A DNA stretch of 64,000 nucleotides, taken from positions 3,310 through 67,309 of the forward strand of contig CAWBGW010000039.1 of assembly GCA_963788345.1 (NCBI GenBank), read 5' to 3'. Shown here in pieces: positions 20,769 through 28,790 of the stretch. The notes under the pieces are model-generated. The model saw nothing but the letters and a program-made list of their open reading frames with translations. It made no database searches and had not been told where the DNA came from. Each line of letters opens with the position of its first letter. Position 1 is the stretch's first letter. Made by a program: the position numbers and the translations under genes. Origin of the DNA: an uncultured Acidobacteriota bacterium (GTDB lineage Bacteria > Acidobacteriota > Terriglobia > Acidiferrales > UBA7541).

Positions 20769-21278
20769 CAAACGCTCTCCTGCCGGTTTACGGTCGGAGA
20801 AACCAAACCAAAAATGCTCTTCGTGCGGCTGCTTCCGCGCGGAATAGCGCGAACGGGAATGCCATGCTCGTTTCGCAAAACGAAAATGTGATTCGAAGTC
20901 GTCAAGATCCGCGCCATCAGAACGTTCGTGCCGTCGAAGCTCTGCATCATTCCGGTGAGGGTCACGCTCTGTCCCTCTGCGATGCCGAGATATTCCGGCT
21001 TGCTCGCGGCGCCGAATCCCAGATGCGCGTCGACCACGCCTTGCGCGGTCTGGACCATGATGTGCGGTACCGCTTGGTCCGTTCGTCCCGAAGTCATCGA
21101 TCTTCTGAATCGTGCCCTGAACCTTCACTTCTTTCGTGACGTCGTACGCCGGCACCATCGTGCTCGTTCTCGCGTCACCTGCGGAACCAGCGGCGGTCTG
21201 CGCCTTCGCCGGCGCAGCCGCAATAAAACCCAATATCAGAAAGATTATGAACAGTTTCCAGCCTCGAATCATCATCAT
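20768..21278 (-). pseudogene. small exported protein, unknown function, one frame break
   Basis: It has a signal peptide (MMMIRGWKLFIIFLILGFIAAAPAKAQ). ...VKVQGTIQKIDDFG joins ...HIMVQTAQGVVDAHLGFGAASKPEYLGIAEGQSVTLTGMM... after a frame change near 21090. Its TGA shares one base with the ATG of the lipoprotein gene. Confidence 0.55.
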
Positions 21279-21323
21279 CTCCAGGGCTAGTTGCCCGGTA
21301 GTACTTCTGTGAATCGCCTTCGC

Positions 21324-21446
21324 GTTTCAGGGTTTGCATCCCGCGCCTGCGGGACAAACCCTGAGATAACGGGTTTCAGGGTTTGTACTTGCAAACCCTG
21401 AGCTAACGGGTTTCAGGGTTTGTACTTGCAAACACTGAGCTAAATT
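21324..21446. repeat. three tandem copies of a 37-49 bp hairpin repeat (core CAGGGTTTG-loop-CAAACCCTG)
   Basis: Units span 21324-21372, 21373-21409 and 21410-21446. Hairpins are 21328-21363 (a nested tcccgc/gcggga stem in the loop), 21377-21400 (cagggtttgtacttgcaaaccctg) and 21414-21437 (one mismatch). The units are directly abutting with no spacers. Confidence 0.85.
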
Positions 21447-21829
21447 GTTATTGCGCAGTAAACGGAACTAAGTTCCGCGGAAAATTTCGAACAGCTTCTC
21501 CCAACCACCGGAGTCACCTTGCGGCCACACACTTGGATTCGCATAATCCGCCGCAGGTTTCCCACATTGTAAGAACACGTTTCGAACGGAAAAGTTGCCC
21601 TCCGAATCACAGAAGGGTACTAGAAGCTATCGAACGGTGCGTCAGGGCGCGACTTCAGATTCCAGCGGGCGGCCTCCGTGCCCTCTATCTTCTCTCGGTG
21701 TCCTCTGTGGTCATGTTTTGCTTTCTGGCTTAGCGAAACGGGGGCGTAGGCGACGCGTGTCGGCTCCGCGTCAGAGCGGAATGGTGCACAACCTGTTTGT
21801 CCATTCCTCCGCCTCGGATGCCGCCCAAA

Positions 21830-21910
21830 TCAGGAGTAAGTCGTCGATAGCCGCAAGCAGGTCAGTTCTTTGGGAGAGGATGATTCATCCGCCTGAAATC
21901 GGACTTTCAC
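21830..21910 (-). pseudogene. N-terminal remnant of a DUF5615 (Mut7-C/PIN-like) toxin gene
   Basis: GTG 21910-21908 overlaps the TGA of the DUF433 gene (GTGA). It reads VKVRFQADESSSPKELTCLRLSTTYS*. This resembles the M(K/R)(I/F)(L/F)xDE(N/S)xSP start of DUF5615 proteins that pair with DUF433. Downstream frames hold only fragments (LLIWAASEAEEW...) and a cacagaggacaccgagag REP-like sequence. Confidence 0.4.
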
Positions 21911-22221
21911 CTGCGATTCGCCCGCATCTCCCGAGCATCACGCAGCTTTTTGTAGAGAGGCGAGTTCGCTTCCCTGCTCGCTTTTTCGAGGGCCGAAAAC
22001 TCCGCTTCAGTTTGTTGCAGCAGCTCATCGACTTCCGCCTGGTGAGCCAGATAAAACGCGATCCCGCCGTACACTTCTTCCAGCGTCAACACGGGAAATG
22101 ACTGGGCAATACTCTCTGGAGATGATCCACGCAGGAAAGCACAAACGATCGAGTCCAGAGACACCCGTGTCCCGGTTACCCAGTACCCATCCTCTCGCCG
22201 CTCGACGTACTCTTTCGCCAT
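21907..22221 (-). CDS. DUF433 domain protein (antitoxin-like)
   Basis: 104 aa with YWVTGTRVSLDSIVCAFLRGSSPESIAQSFPVLTLEEVYGGIAFYL, which matches the DUF433 core. It lies in a lower-GC stretch. Confidence 0.8.
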   Translation of the reverse strand: MAKEYVERREDGYWVTGTRVSLDSIVCAFLRGSSPESIAQSFPVLTLEEVYGGIAFYLAHQAEVDELLQQTEAEFSALEKASREANSPLYKKLRDAREMRANRR

Positions 22222-22268
22222 ATAGGACTCAGTTCGCAGATGTTAGCAGACTCCGACCCGGAAGGGAG

Positions 22269-22820
22269 CTAGTTCGCGGTTGCCTGAGGATAGGTCGCTG
22301 CCACGCGTTTGGACCTCATGAGGTAGAAGTACCAGACGGCTACGTACACTATTCCGTCGACGAAGTCGCCCACGCGCGACCATAGTTCGTGCTCGTTCGC
22401 AATGTGAAGCCAAGTCGCCACGATTCCCACAAAGAGCGTACAGCACCAGTAAACCCCAACCGAGAGAAGGTACACCTTCGCCATCCGAACTGCCTTCGGC
22501 GTCACCCTACGGAGTTCGTCTCCGGCATACATCCCTAAGCACACAAGAACAAAAAGGGCCACCCAATTGGCGAGCTCCCCGAGCGTTGTAGGGGAAACCG
22601 TTCCGCCCCAGGGATGTACAGACGATAAGCGAAGGAATCGCAAGCAGAGGAACAGGGGATTCAAAACCATAAGAATAAAGACAAACAGCGCCAGCCAACC
22701 GTTTACTCCCTTGCCTGGAACAACGCCACGGAGAACCTCACGCGCATCAACTGCCCGGCTGCAGTTTGGGCAGGCTGGAGCATCATCCGGCTTGGGGAAA
22801 CCGCAATGGACGCAAACCAC
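22269..22820 (-). CDS. zinc-ribbon membrane protein (DUF2569-like)
   Basis: The N-terminus has CxxC...CxxC (MVCVHCGFPKPDDAPACPNCS), followed by four hydrophobic helices. GC is lower than in the flanks. Confidence 0.65.
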   Translation of the reverse strand: MVCVHCGFPKPDDAPACPNCSRAVDAREVLRGVVPGKGVNGWLALFVFILMVLNPLFLCLRFLRLSSVHPWGGTVSPTTLGELANWVALFVLVCLGMYAGDELRRVTPKAVRMAKVYLLSVGVYWCCTLFVGIVATWLHIANEHELWSRVGDFVDGIVYVAVWYFYLMRSKRVAATYPQATAN

Positions 22821-22910
22821 GTCTTCCTCTTGAGGACTTATTGCAAGACGCTAACAGAGGAAAGGTATTTATACAATTAATAATGGGATCGAAAAACGCG
22901 CTGGTGCACG

Positions 22911-25334
22911 CTAGTTACGGAGCGGCTTGCCAGTCTTCAGGGTATGCGCGATGCGTTCCTGCGTGTTGCGCTCGCCACACAAGCTGACGAACGCTTCGCG
23001 CTCCAGATCCAGCACATACTGCTCCGGAACCGTCTGCGGCGCGGTGATGTTGCCGCCCGCGAGAATGTACGCGAGCTTCCGCGCCACCACCGCGTCGTGT
23101 TCGCTCGCGTAACCGCCGCGCAACATCATGTGAATCGCCAGCTTCGCGGCCGCAAGAAACTCCTCGCCCAGCACGTGAATCTGCGCCGGCGCAGGCGGAT
23201 GGTATCCGGCACGCACCATCCCGAGCGCCGTCTGCTTCGCGTCAGCCACTTGCCGGTCTCGATTCATCGCGATCAAATCCGACGGCCGCAGGTATCCGAG
23301 CGACCTCGCTTCCTCGCCGCTCGTCGAAACTTTTGCCATCGCGATATTTTCGAACACGGGCTTGAGCGCGTGGAACAAGTCCAGGTCCTCGCCGCCCGCT
23401 GCGTGCTCGTTCGCGCGAATCAGCATTTCCTTCGTGCCGCCGCCCGCGGGAATCAGGCCGACGCCTGTCTCCACCAGCCCGATGTACGCCTCGGCCGCCG
23501 CGTGAATCCGCGCGCCGTGCAAACTGATTTCGCATCCGCCGCCCAGCGCCAAACCTTGCGGCGCCACCACCACCGGCCCGGGCGCGTACTTGATCGCCAT
23601 ATTGACGCGCTGGAATTGCCGCACGGCGAGGTGGATATCGTCCCACTCGCCTTCTTGCGCGCCGATCAGCAACAGCATCAAATTCGCGCCGACGGAAAAA
23701 TTCACGGCCTGGTTCGCGATCACCATGGCGTCGAATTCGGATCCCAGCCGGTTGATCCCCGCGTGAATCATCGCCACCAGATCGCCGCCAATCGAGTTCA
23801 TCTTCGAGTGGAATTCGCAGCAGATCACGCCGTCGCCCAGGTCGATCAGGCTCGCGCCCGAGTTTTCCTGCACCACGCCCGACCGTTCCTTCAGCGACTT
23901 GAGAATAATAATTCCGGCAGGCTCTTCCACCGGCTTGAACGCGCCGCCACCAAGATCGAAATAGCTCGTGCGGCCCTTCGCCGTTTCATAAAACGACTTC
24001 TGCGGCGACGTGAGAACTTTTCCCACCACCGGCGGCAGCGTTTTACCTTCGCGCTCCAGCGCGTTCGCCATTCGCTCGACGCCGATCGCATCCCACACCT
24101 CAAACGGCCCAAGCTCCCACGCAAATCCCCAGCGCATCGCGCGATCCACATCGACAATCGAATTCGCAATTTCTGGCGCACGCCGCGCCGCATACAAACA
24201 CGTCTCGCTCAGCGTCGACCACAGCAGCCGATTCGCTTTGTCGCCGCCCTTGCCTTCGAGCGCCGGCGCGACCAGCGCACGCAACCGCTCGCGCGTATCC
24301 TCAATCGCTTTGCCCGCCTCAATCGATCCGAATCTCGCCTTCTGCCGCGGCCGGTACTCCATCGTGTGCCAGTCGAGCGTGAGAATTTCCGATTCGCCGT
24401 CCTTTTTCACGCGCTTGTAAAAGCCGCTGCCCGTTTTTTCGCCCAGCCAGCCGCGCTTCATCATTTCTTCCACCAGCGGCGGCACTCGATACATTTCGCG
24501 CGATTCGTCGTCCGGCACATTTTCGTAAATATTGCGCACCACGTGCACCAGCACGTCGAGTCCCACGATATCCGCCGTCCGGAACGTCGCCGACTTCGGC
24601 TGCCCGATGGCCGGCCCCGTGCACGCGTCCACTTCCTCGATCGTCATGTCCAGCGCCTGCATTTGCCGCATGACGTTGAGCACCGAAAATGTGCCGATGC
24701 GGTTGGCGATGAAATTTGGCGTGTCCTTTGCCACCACCACGCCCTTGCCAAGACGCAAATCGCAAATCTCGTCCAGCTCTTCCAGCACTTCCGGCCGCGT
24801 CTTCGGCCCCGGAATCAGCTCCACCAGCTTCATGTAGCGCGGCGGATTGAAAAAATGCGTTCCGGCCCAGTGCTGCTGAAAATCCTCGGAGCGCCCTTCG
24901 GCGATCAGCCGAATCGGCAAACCCGAAGTGTTCGACGTGACAATCGTTCCCGGTTTGCGCACCGCTTCGACGCGCTCAAACAGCTTCCTTTTGATTTCCA
25001 GATTTTCGGCGACGGCTTCGACGATCCAATCCACTTGGCCGCACCACGCCAGATTGTCTTCGAAATTTCCGGGAGTAATCAGGCGCGCCGTCTCCGCCGT
25101 GAAAAATGCCGCCGGCCGCGATTTCTTCGCCGCTTCAATTCCCGCCAGCACGATTCGATTGCGCACCGCCGGGCTTTCGAGCGTCAGCCCCTTCCGTTTT
25201 TCGTCAGCGCTCAATTCCGCCGGAACGATATCGAGCAGAAAACACGGAATACCCGCGTTCGCAAGATGCGCGGCGATGCGCGCTCCCATCGTTCCCGCAC
25301 CAAGCACGGCCACTTTTTCAATTTTGCGTTTCAT
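22911..25334 (-). CDS. 3-hydroxyacyl-CoA dehydrogenase / enoyl-CoA hydratase family protein (807-aa FadN type)
   Basis: Intact ORF. The N-terminus has a Rossmann motif (VAVLGAGTMGARIAAHLA), followed by the HCDH C-terminal domain and a crotonase-like C-terminal region. Confidence 0.92.
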   Translation of the reverse strand: MKRKIEKVAVLGAGTMGARIAAHLANAGIPCFLLDIVPAELSADEKRKGLTLESPAVRNRIVLAGIEAAKKSRPAAFFTAETARLITPGNFEDNLAWCGQVDWIVEAVAENLEIKRKLFERVEAVRKPGTIVTSNTSGLPIRLIAEGRSEDFQQHWAGTHFFNPPRYMKLVELIPGPKTRPEVLEELDEICDLRLGKGVVVAKDTPNFIANRIGTFSVLNVMRQMQALDMTIEEVDACTGPAIGQPKSATFRTADIVGLDVLVHVVRNIYENVPDDESREMYRVPPLVEEMMKRGWLGEKTGSGFYKRVKKDGESEILTLDWHTMEYRPRQKARFGSIEAGKAIEDTRERLRALVAPALEGKGGDKANRLLWSTLSETCLYAARRAPEIANSIVDVDRAMRWGFAWELGPFEVWDAIGVERMANALEREGKTLPPVVGKVLTSPQKSFYETAKGRTSYFDLGGGAFKPVEEPAGIIILKSLKERSGVVQENSGASLIDLGDGVICCEFHSKMNSIGGDLVAMIHAGINRLGSEFDAMVIANQAVNFSVGANLMLLLIGAQEGEWDDIHLAVRQFQRVNMAIKYAPGPVVVAPQGLALGGGCEISLHGARIHAAAEAYIGLVETGVGLIPAGGGTKEMLIRANEHAAGGEDLDLFHALKPVFENIAMAKVSTSGEEARSLGYLRPSDLIAMNRDRQVADAKQTALGMVRAGYHPPAPAQIHVLGEEFLAAAKLAIHMMLRGGYASEHDAVVARKLAYILAGGNITAPQTVPEQYVLDLEREAFVSLCGERNTQERIAHTLKTGKPLRN

Positions 25335-25393
25335 TGTTCGAGTTCGCCCTGGTCAGGCACCGATTTGCGCTTCGCACACGCCCCGCGACATAG

Positions 25394-25467
25394 TGACAAA
25401 CCACTGCCACCGGGTCAACGGCTTGTCACCATCGATCCCAAGTCTTCGTTGCTGCTATTGGTGACAA
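25394..25467. promoter_or_regulatory. GTGACAA/TTGTCAC inverted repeat plus a third direct copy in the divergent fadN-like / DUF262 intergenic region
   Basis: gtgacaa (25394-25400) and ttgtcac (25423-25429) bracket a TTGACC -35-like box on the minus strand. A further gtgacaa lies at 25461-25467. This is a possible operator. The function is not demonstrable from sequence. Confidence 0.25.
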
Positions 25468-25509
25468 GCGATAGAATTGCCCGCACGTACCCGTTACCGT
25501 GGGGTAAAA

Positions 25510-26891
25510 ATGGAACACGAGCTTGATAAGAAAACTGTCGGCAATCTGCTTGATCTTAAGACCAATGACATGTTGTACGTCAACCGCGAATACCAGCGCG
25601 GACCTGTCTGGAGCAAAGGACAGAAAAAATCGCTCGTGGACTCAGTTCTCCGAGGGTATCCAATTCCTCTGATATATCTGCACCATATTTCGAAGGAAGT
25701 CGCCGGGCACAGAATGGATAAGTTCGAGGTTATTGACGGTCAACAGCGGATTAACGCGCTCTACGAGTACCGCGAAGGTGCCTTCAAGTTATTCGATCCG
25801 CAAGTCCAAGCCGATGCCGATGAGGCTCAATTTCCCAGCTTCATCCAGCGGCAGCCGTGTCCGTGGGGCGGTAAGCGCTTCGATGAACTCACGCCGGAGC
25901 TGCAAAGGGAAATGTTGGACACGCATCTGGCGATTGTGCTCGTAAGGACGGAAGTTGCTGACGAATCTCGCGATCTTTTCATACGGCTTCAAGCTGGAAT
26001 GCCACTGAACTCGCAGGAGAAACGCGATGCGTGGCCGGGCGATTTCACCGAGTACATTTTGAAGATCGGCGGAAAGCCCGAGATTGCACGGTATCCCGGG
26101 CATGAGTTCTTTACGAAAGTTCTAAAGGCCAAAGCGACCAATCGTGGCGAATACCGCCAGCTGGCAGCACAGATCGCCATGCTCTACTACACACGTCGCG
26201 AGACTGGACGTTACTGCGACATAAATGCCGATGCGATCGACGCCTTTTATCACAAACATCTCGATTTCGATGCGAACTCGCTCGATGCTAAGCGGTTCTC
26301 CCAAATCCTGGATAGTCTGACCAACTTTCTCGGCGACGGTAAGCGTAAGAAGATCCGCGGACACGAGGCGATGGGATTGGTGCTACTCGTTGATTCACTT
26401 TGGGACGATTACACGAGGTCCTGGCAAAAAGAATTTGCGGAGGCATTTGACGCGTTCCGCCAAATCTCGCCGAGGCGACGCAAAACAGATTCGACGACCC
26501 CAGCAGCGAATTTTGGGCGCATTACGGACAATTGAGTCGCACCAATAGTGACAGAGCCATTTCGATCGAACGACGGCATGCGTTCTTTGCGGAAAAGATG
26601 CGAGCTATTATCAAGCCCCAACTGAAAGACTCCGTGCGTGCCTTTGGCCAGCTTGAGCGCGAAATCATCTATATGCGCGACCAGCGGCGTTGTCAGGTAC
26701 CGGGACACGGAGAAGACGTGTTGTGGGCGGACGCGGAAATTCATCATATCCAGCAGCACTCCGACGGTGGTCGCACGGCTTTGGAAAATGGCGCCCTAGT
26801 TCACAAGGACTGCCACCCAAAGAGCCAAAAGGACGTTGCAGCCTTTGCCCAGCACTGGAAAGCCAAACCCAGCCTCCCACCGCGCGTCTAA
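25510..26891 (+). pseudogene. DUF262 (ParB/GmrSD N-terminal-like) - HNH endonuclease fusion protein, about 460 aa, one frame break
   Basis: The N-terminal domain has NREYQRGPVWSKGQKKSLVDSVLRGYPIPLIYL and VIDGQQRINAL (the DGQQR motif). The C-terminal domain has RRCQVPGHGEDVLWADAEIHHIQQHSDGGRTALENGALVHKDCH (HNH). The frame changes near 26460 (...AFDAFRQ | NLAEATQNRFDDPSSEFWAHYGQL...). GC is markedly lower than in the neighbours. Confidence 0.8.
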
Positions 26892-26906
26892 AGCGGCGCT
26901 TACCGA

Positions 26907-26929
26907 CAGGTTTGCACTTGCAAACCCTG
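26907..26929. repeat. solitary copy of the CAGGGTTTG...CAAACCCTG hairpin repeat
   Basis: caggtttgcacttgcaaaccctg differs from the 21377-21400 copy by one missing G and one t>c change. It lies 16 bp after the DUF262-HNH stop codon. Confidence 0.7.
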
Positions 26930-26986
26930 CTCACACTCGGAAACGCCGCGCAACCGGAAGTGCGCTAAAGTGTTCTATAAGGGGTC

Positions 26987-27020
26987 GCGGGGTTCGCCCG
27001 CAACGGCGGGCAAACCCCGC
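26987..27020. repeat. 15-bp-stem GC-rich palindrome (REP-like)
   Basis: gcggggttcgcccgc-aacg-gcgggcaaaccccgc with one mismatch. No U-tract follows, so it is not a convincing intrinsic terminator. Confidence 0.5.
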
Positions 27021-27040
27021 CATAACCAAAACAGCGCACT

Positions 27041-27970
27041 ATGGGCACCGTATTCAAGTGGCTTGGGACCGCCGTAAAAGGCCTGCGCACGTTCGCCTAT
27101 TCCGGCGACGAACCGCGGCCTCGCGTGGGCCTTGCGCTCGGCGGCGGCTTCGCGCGCGGCATCGCGCATGTCGGCGTGCTGCGCGTCCTCAAAGAAAACG
27201 ACATCCCCATCGACTACATCGCCGGCACCAGCGTCGGCGCTCTGATCGCCACCGCCTACGCGGGCGGAAGCACCATCGAAGAGATGGAGTTTCAGGGCTC
27301 CGCCACGCGCTTTCGCGATTTCGGCCGCTGGACCATCTCGCGCATGGGCATGGCCTCCAACGAGCGCCTCGAAGATTTCGTTCGCCGCTTCACGCCGTTG
27401 CACAACTTCGACGAGATGAAAACTCCGCTCGGAATCGTCGCCACGGACCTGCTCGCCGGAGAGTCAGTTCATTTCACGAAAGGTGAAATCGGGCCCGCGT
27501 TGCGCGCGTCCTGCGCCTATCCGGGACTCTTTCTGCCTGTCGAGATTGACGACCGCGTGCTCGTCGACGGCTTCCTCACCGAATCAGTCCCGGCCGTCTG
27601 CGTGCGCGACATGGGAGCGGACTTCGTGATCGCCGTGCATCTCGAGCCCGGCCTGCTCTCGAACAAGCCGCGCAATACGATCGAAGTCATCAGCCGGTCT
27701 TTCTCGATCATCCAATCCAACTCGCACCAGCCGTGGCGCGACGCCACCGACATTCTGATCGAGCCCGACGTTCACAGCATTCTGTGGGATGAATTCGTGA
27801 AGACGCCCGCGCTCGTCGCCGCCGGCGCGGAAGCGACGAAGGCTGCGCTGCCGAGAATCAGAGCCGCTCTCGCAGATCACAAATTCACGGCCTTCGAAGA
27901 TCGCATGGCCTCGCGCCGCGCCGAGCGTTCCCGCCAGCGCGCCGCCGAAGAAGAAGAAATCCACCGATGA
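27041..27970 (+). CDS. patatin-like phospholipase (RssA-like)
   Basis: It has the oxyanion motif GLALGGGFARGIAHVGV, the nucleophile elbow GTSVGA and the catalytic Asp context VDGF. Composition is host-like and high in GC. Confidence 0.88.
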   Translation: MGTVFKWLGTAVKGLRTFAYSGDEPRPRVGLALGGGFARGIAHVGVLRVLKENDIPIDYIAGTSVGALIATAYAGGSTIEEMEFQGSATRFRDFGRWTISRMGMASNERLEDFVRRFTPLHNFDEMKTPLGIVATDLLAGESVHFTKGEIGPALRASCAYPGLFLPVEIDDRVLVDGFLTESVPAVCVRDMGADFVIAVHLEPGLLSNKPRNTIEVISRSFSIIQSNSHQPWRDATDILIEPDVHSILWDEFVKTPALVAAGAEATKAALPRIRAALADHKFTAFEDRMASRRAERSRQRAAEEEEIHR

Positions 27971-28001
27971 CGTCAGCCCTGGTCTCGAGGATCATTGTGG
28001 G

Positions 28002-28059
28002 TCGTGGCTTTAGCCACGAGATGAATGCCACAAAATCACGCCGTCTTCAGTCGCTGAAG
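28002..28059. repeat. REP-like element with two short hairpins
   Basis: tcgtggc-ttta-gccacga (28002-28019) and cttcag-tcg-ctgaag (28045-28059). The ggctttagccacga type of motif is, from memory, a common intergenic repeat in Acidobacteriota. I could not verify this here. Confidence 0.35.
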
Positions 28060-28268
28060 TTCCGATTTTGCCGCCGTGCTAACAATCACGATGATGTCGC
28101 GTCGAAACAGATGTGAGGAGCCGGGCCTTTTGCGGTGACCGCTGCAACGCCCCAGTCACACGCAGATAAGCCCGGCTCTTCTATTTGCGACACACTCTAC
28201 TTGATTTCGTACACGTCACATCCGGAATTTAGAACAGCACCGCGAGGATCAAAGTTCTACTGAGTGCG

Positions 28269-28607
28269 TCAAGCCCCTTCGCGAATCTCCACTGTCACCG
28301 GCTTCCCGTCACCCTTCCCGCGTTTCGTGAACCACTCGCTCATCGCCTGCGCCAGCCGCGCGGGATCCACTCGTAATCCGGCTTCGAGCTGCCCCTCAGC
28401 AACAGGCAGTGTGTCGTCGAACTCCGCCGATCCCGTGAAATTCCGCATGCAAAAGCTGTCGAGCCAATCGAGCGGCGCGGCGCGCCGTTCGCCCGCAATC
28501 ACAATTTCCGCTTTCAGCTTTCGCGCGTACACGCGCCGAAGTATAACACCCGCCTCCGAAGCTCCCGTCACAGCGCTCGCGCTGTTCGCAAACGAACACC
28601 ACCGCAC
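28269..28607 (-). CDS. hypothetical protein (possibly a gene fragment)
   Basis: The 112-aa ORF has protein-like composition (…KLKAEIVIAGERRAAPLDWLDSFCMRNFTGSAEFDDTLPVAEGQLEAGLRVDPARLAQAMSEWF...). The overlapping plus-strand ORF is S/R-rich noise. No ATG lies near the 5' end and no family was recognised. Confidence 0.35.
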   Translation of the reverse strand: MRWCSFANSASAVTGASEAGVILRRVYARKLKAEIVIAGERRAAPLDWLDSFCMRNFTGSAEFDDTLPVAEGQLEAGLRVDPARLAQAMSEWFTKRGKGDGKPVTVEIREGA

Positions 28608-28662
28608 CGAATTCGAGCAGCGTGCAAACCTCTCACAAGTGAAACGCGACCATAAGTCCTTT

Positions 28663-28707
28663 ACTGCTACAGCTTGTAGCAGTCTGCAAATTGGTGGAAC
28701 ATTTGCA
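28663..28707. promoter_or_regulatory. two adjacent inverted repeats upstream of the ADOP permease gene (candidate operators)
   Basis: actgctaca-gct-tgtagcagt (28663-28683) and tgcaaat-N9-atttgca (28685-28707), 85-130 bp upstream of ATG 28791. Confidence 0.3.
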
Positions 28708-28790
28708 CGGTAAGAACCGTTTATCGCGTGTGAGACTCCGGCTTACGCACTGGGCGATCAGGCAGTCCAAATCGGCGAAGCGAGGCATCG

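Noticed and set aside
21324-21446. Tandem 37-bp repeats considered as a CRISPR array.
   Set aside because: The units abut directly with no spacers, there are only three copies, the first is interrupted by a nested palindrome, and no cas genes are in the window.
22944-25526. 860-aa ORF on the plus strand.
   Set aside because: It is antisense to the intact fadN-like dehydrogenase. Its composition is Arg-rich and low in complexity, so it is a shadow ORF.
27041-27970. Patatin-like phospholipase considered as an effector partner of the DUF262-HNH gene.
   Set aside because: Its composition is host-like high GC. It is separated from the insert by two REP palindromes. Its architecture is that of housekeeping RssA-type patatins, and no cyclase or sensor gene is nearby.
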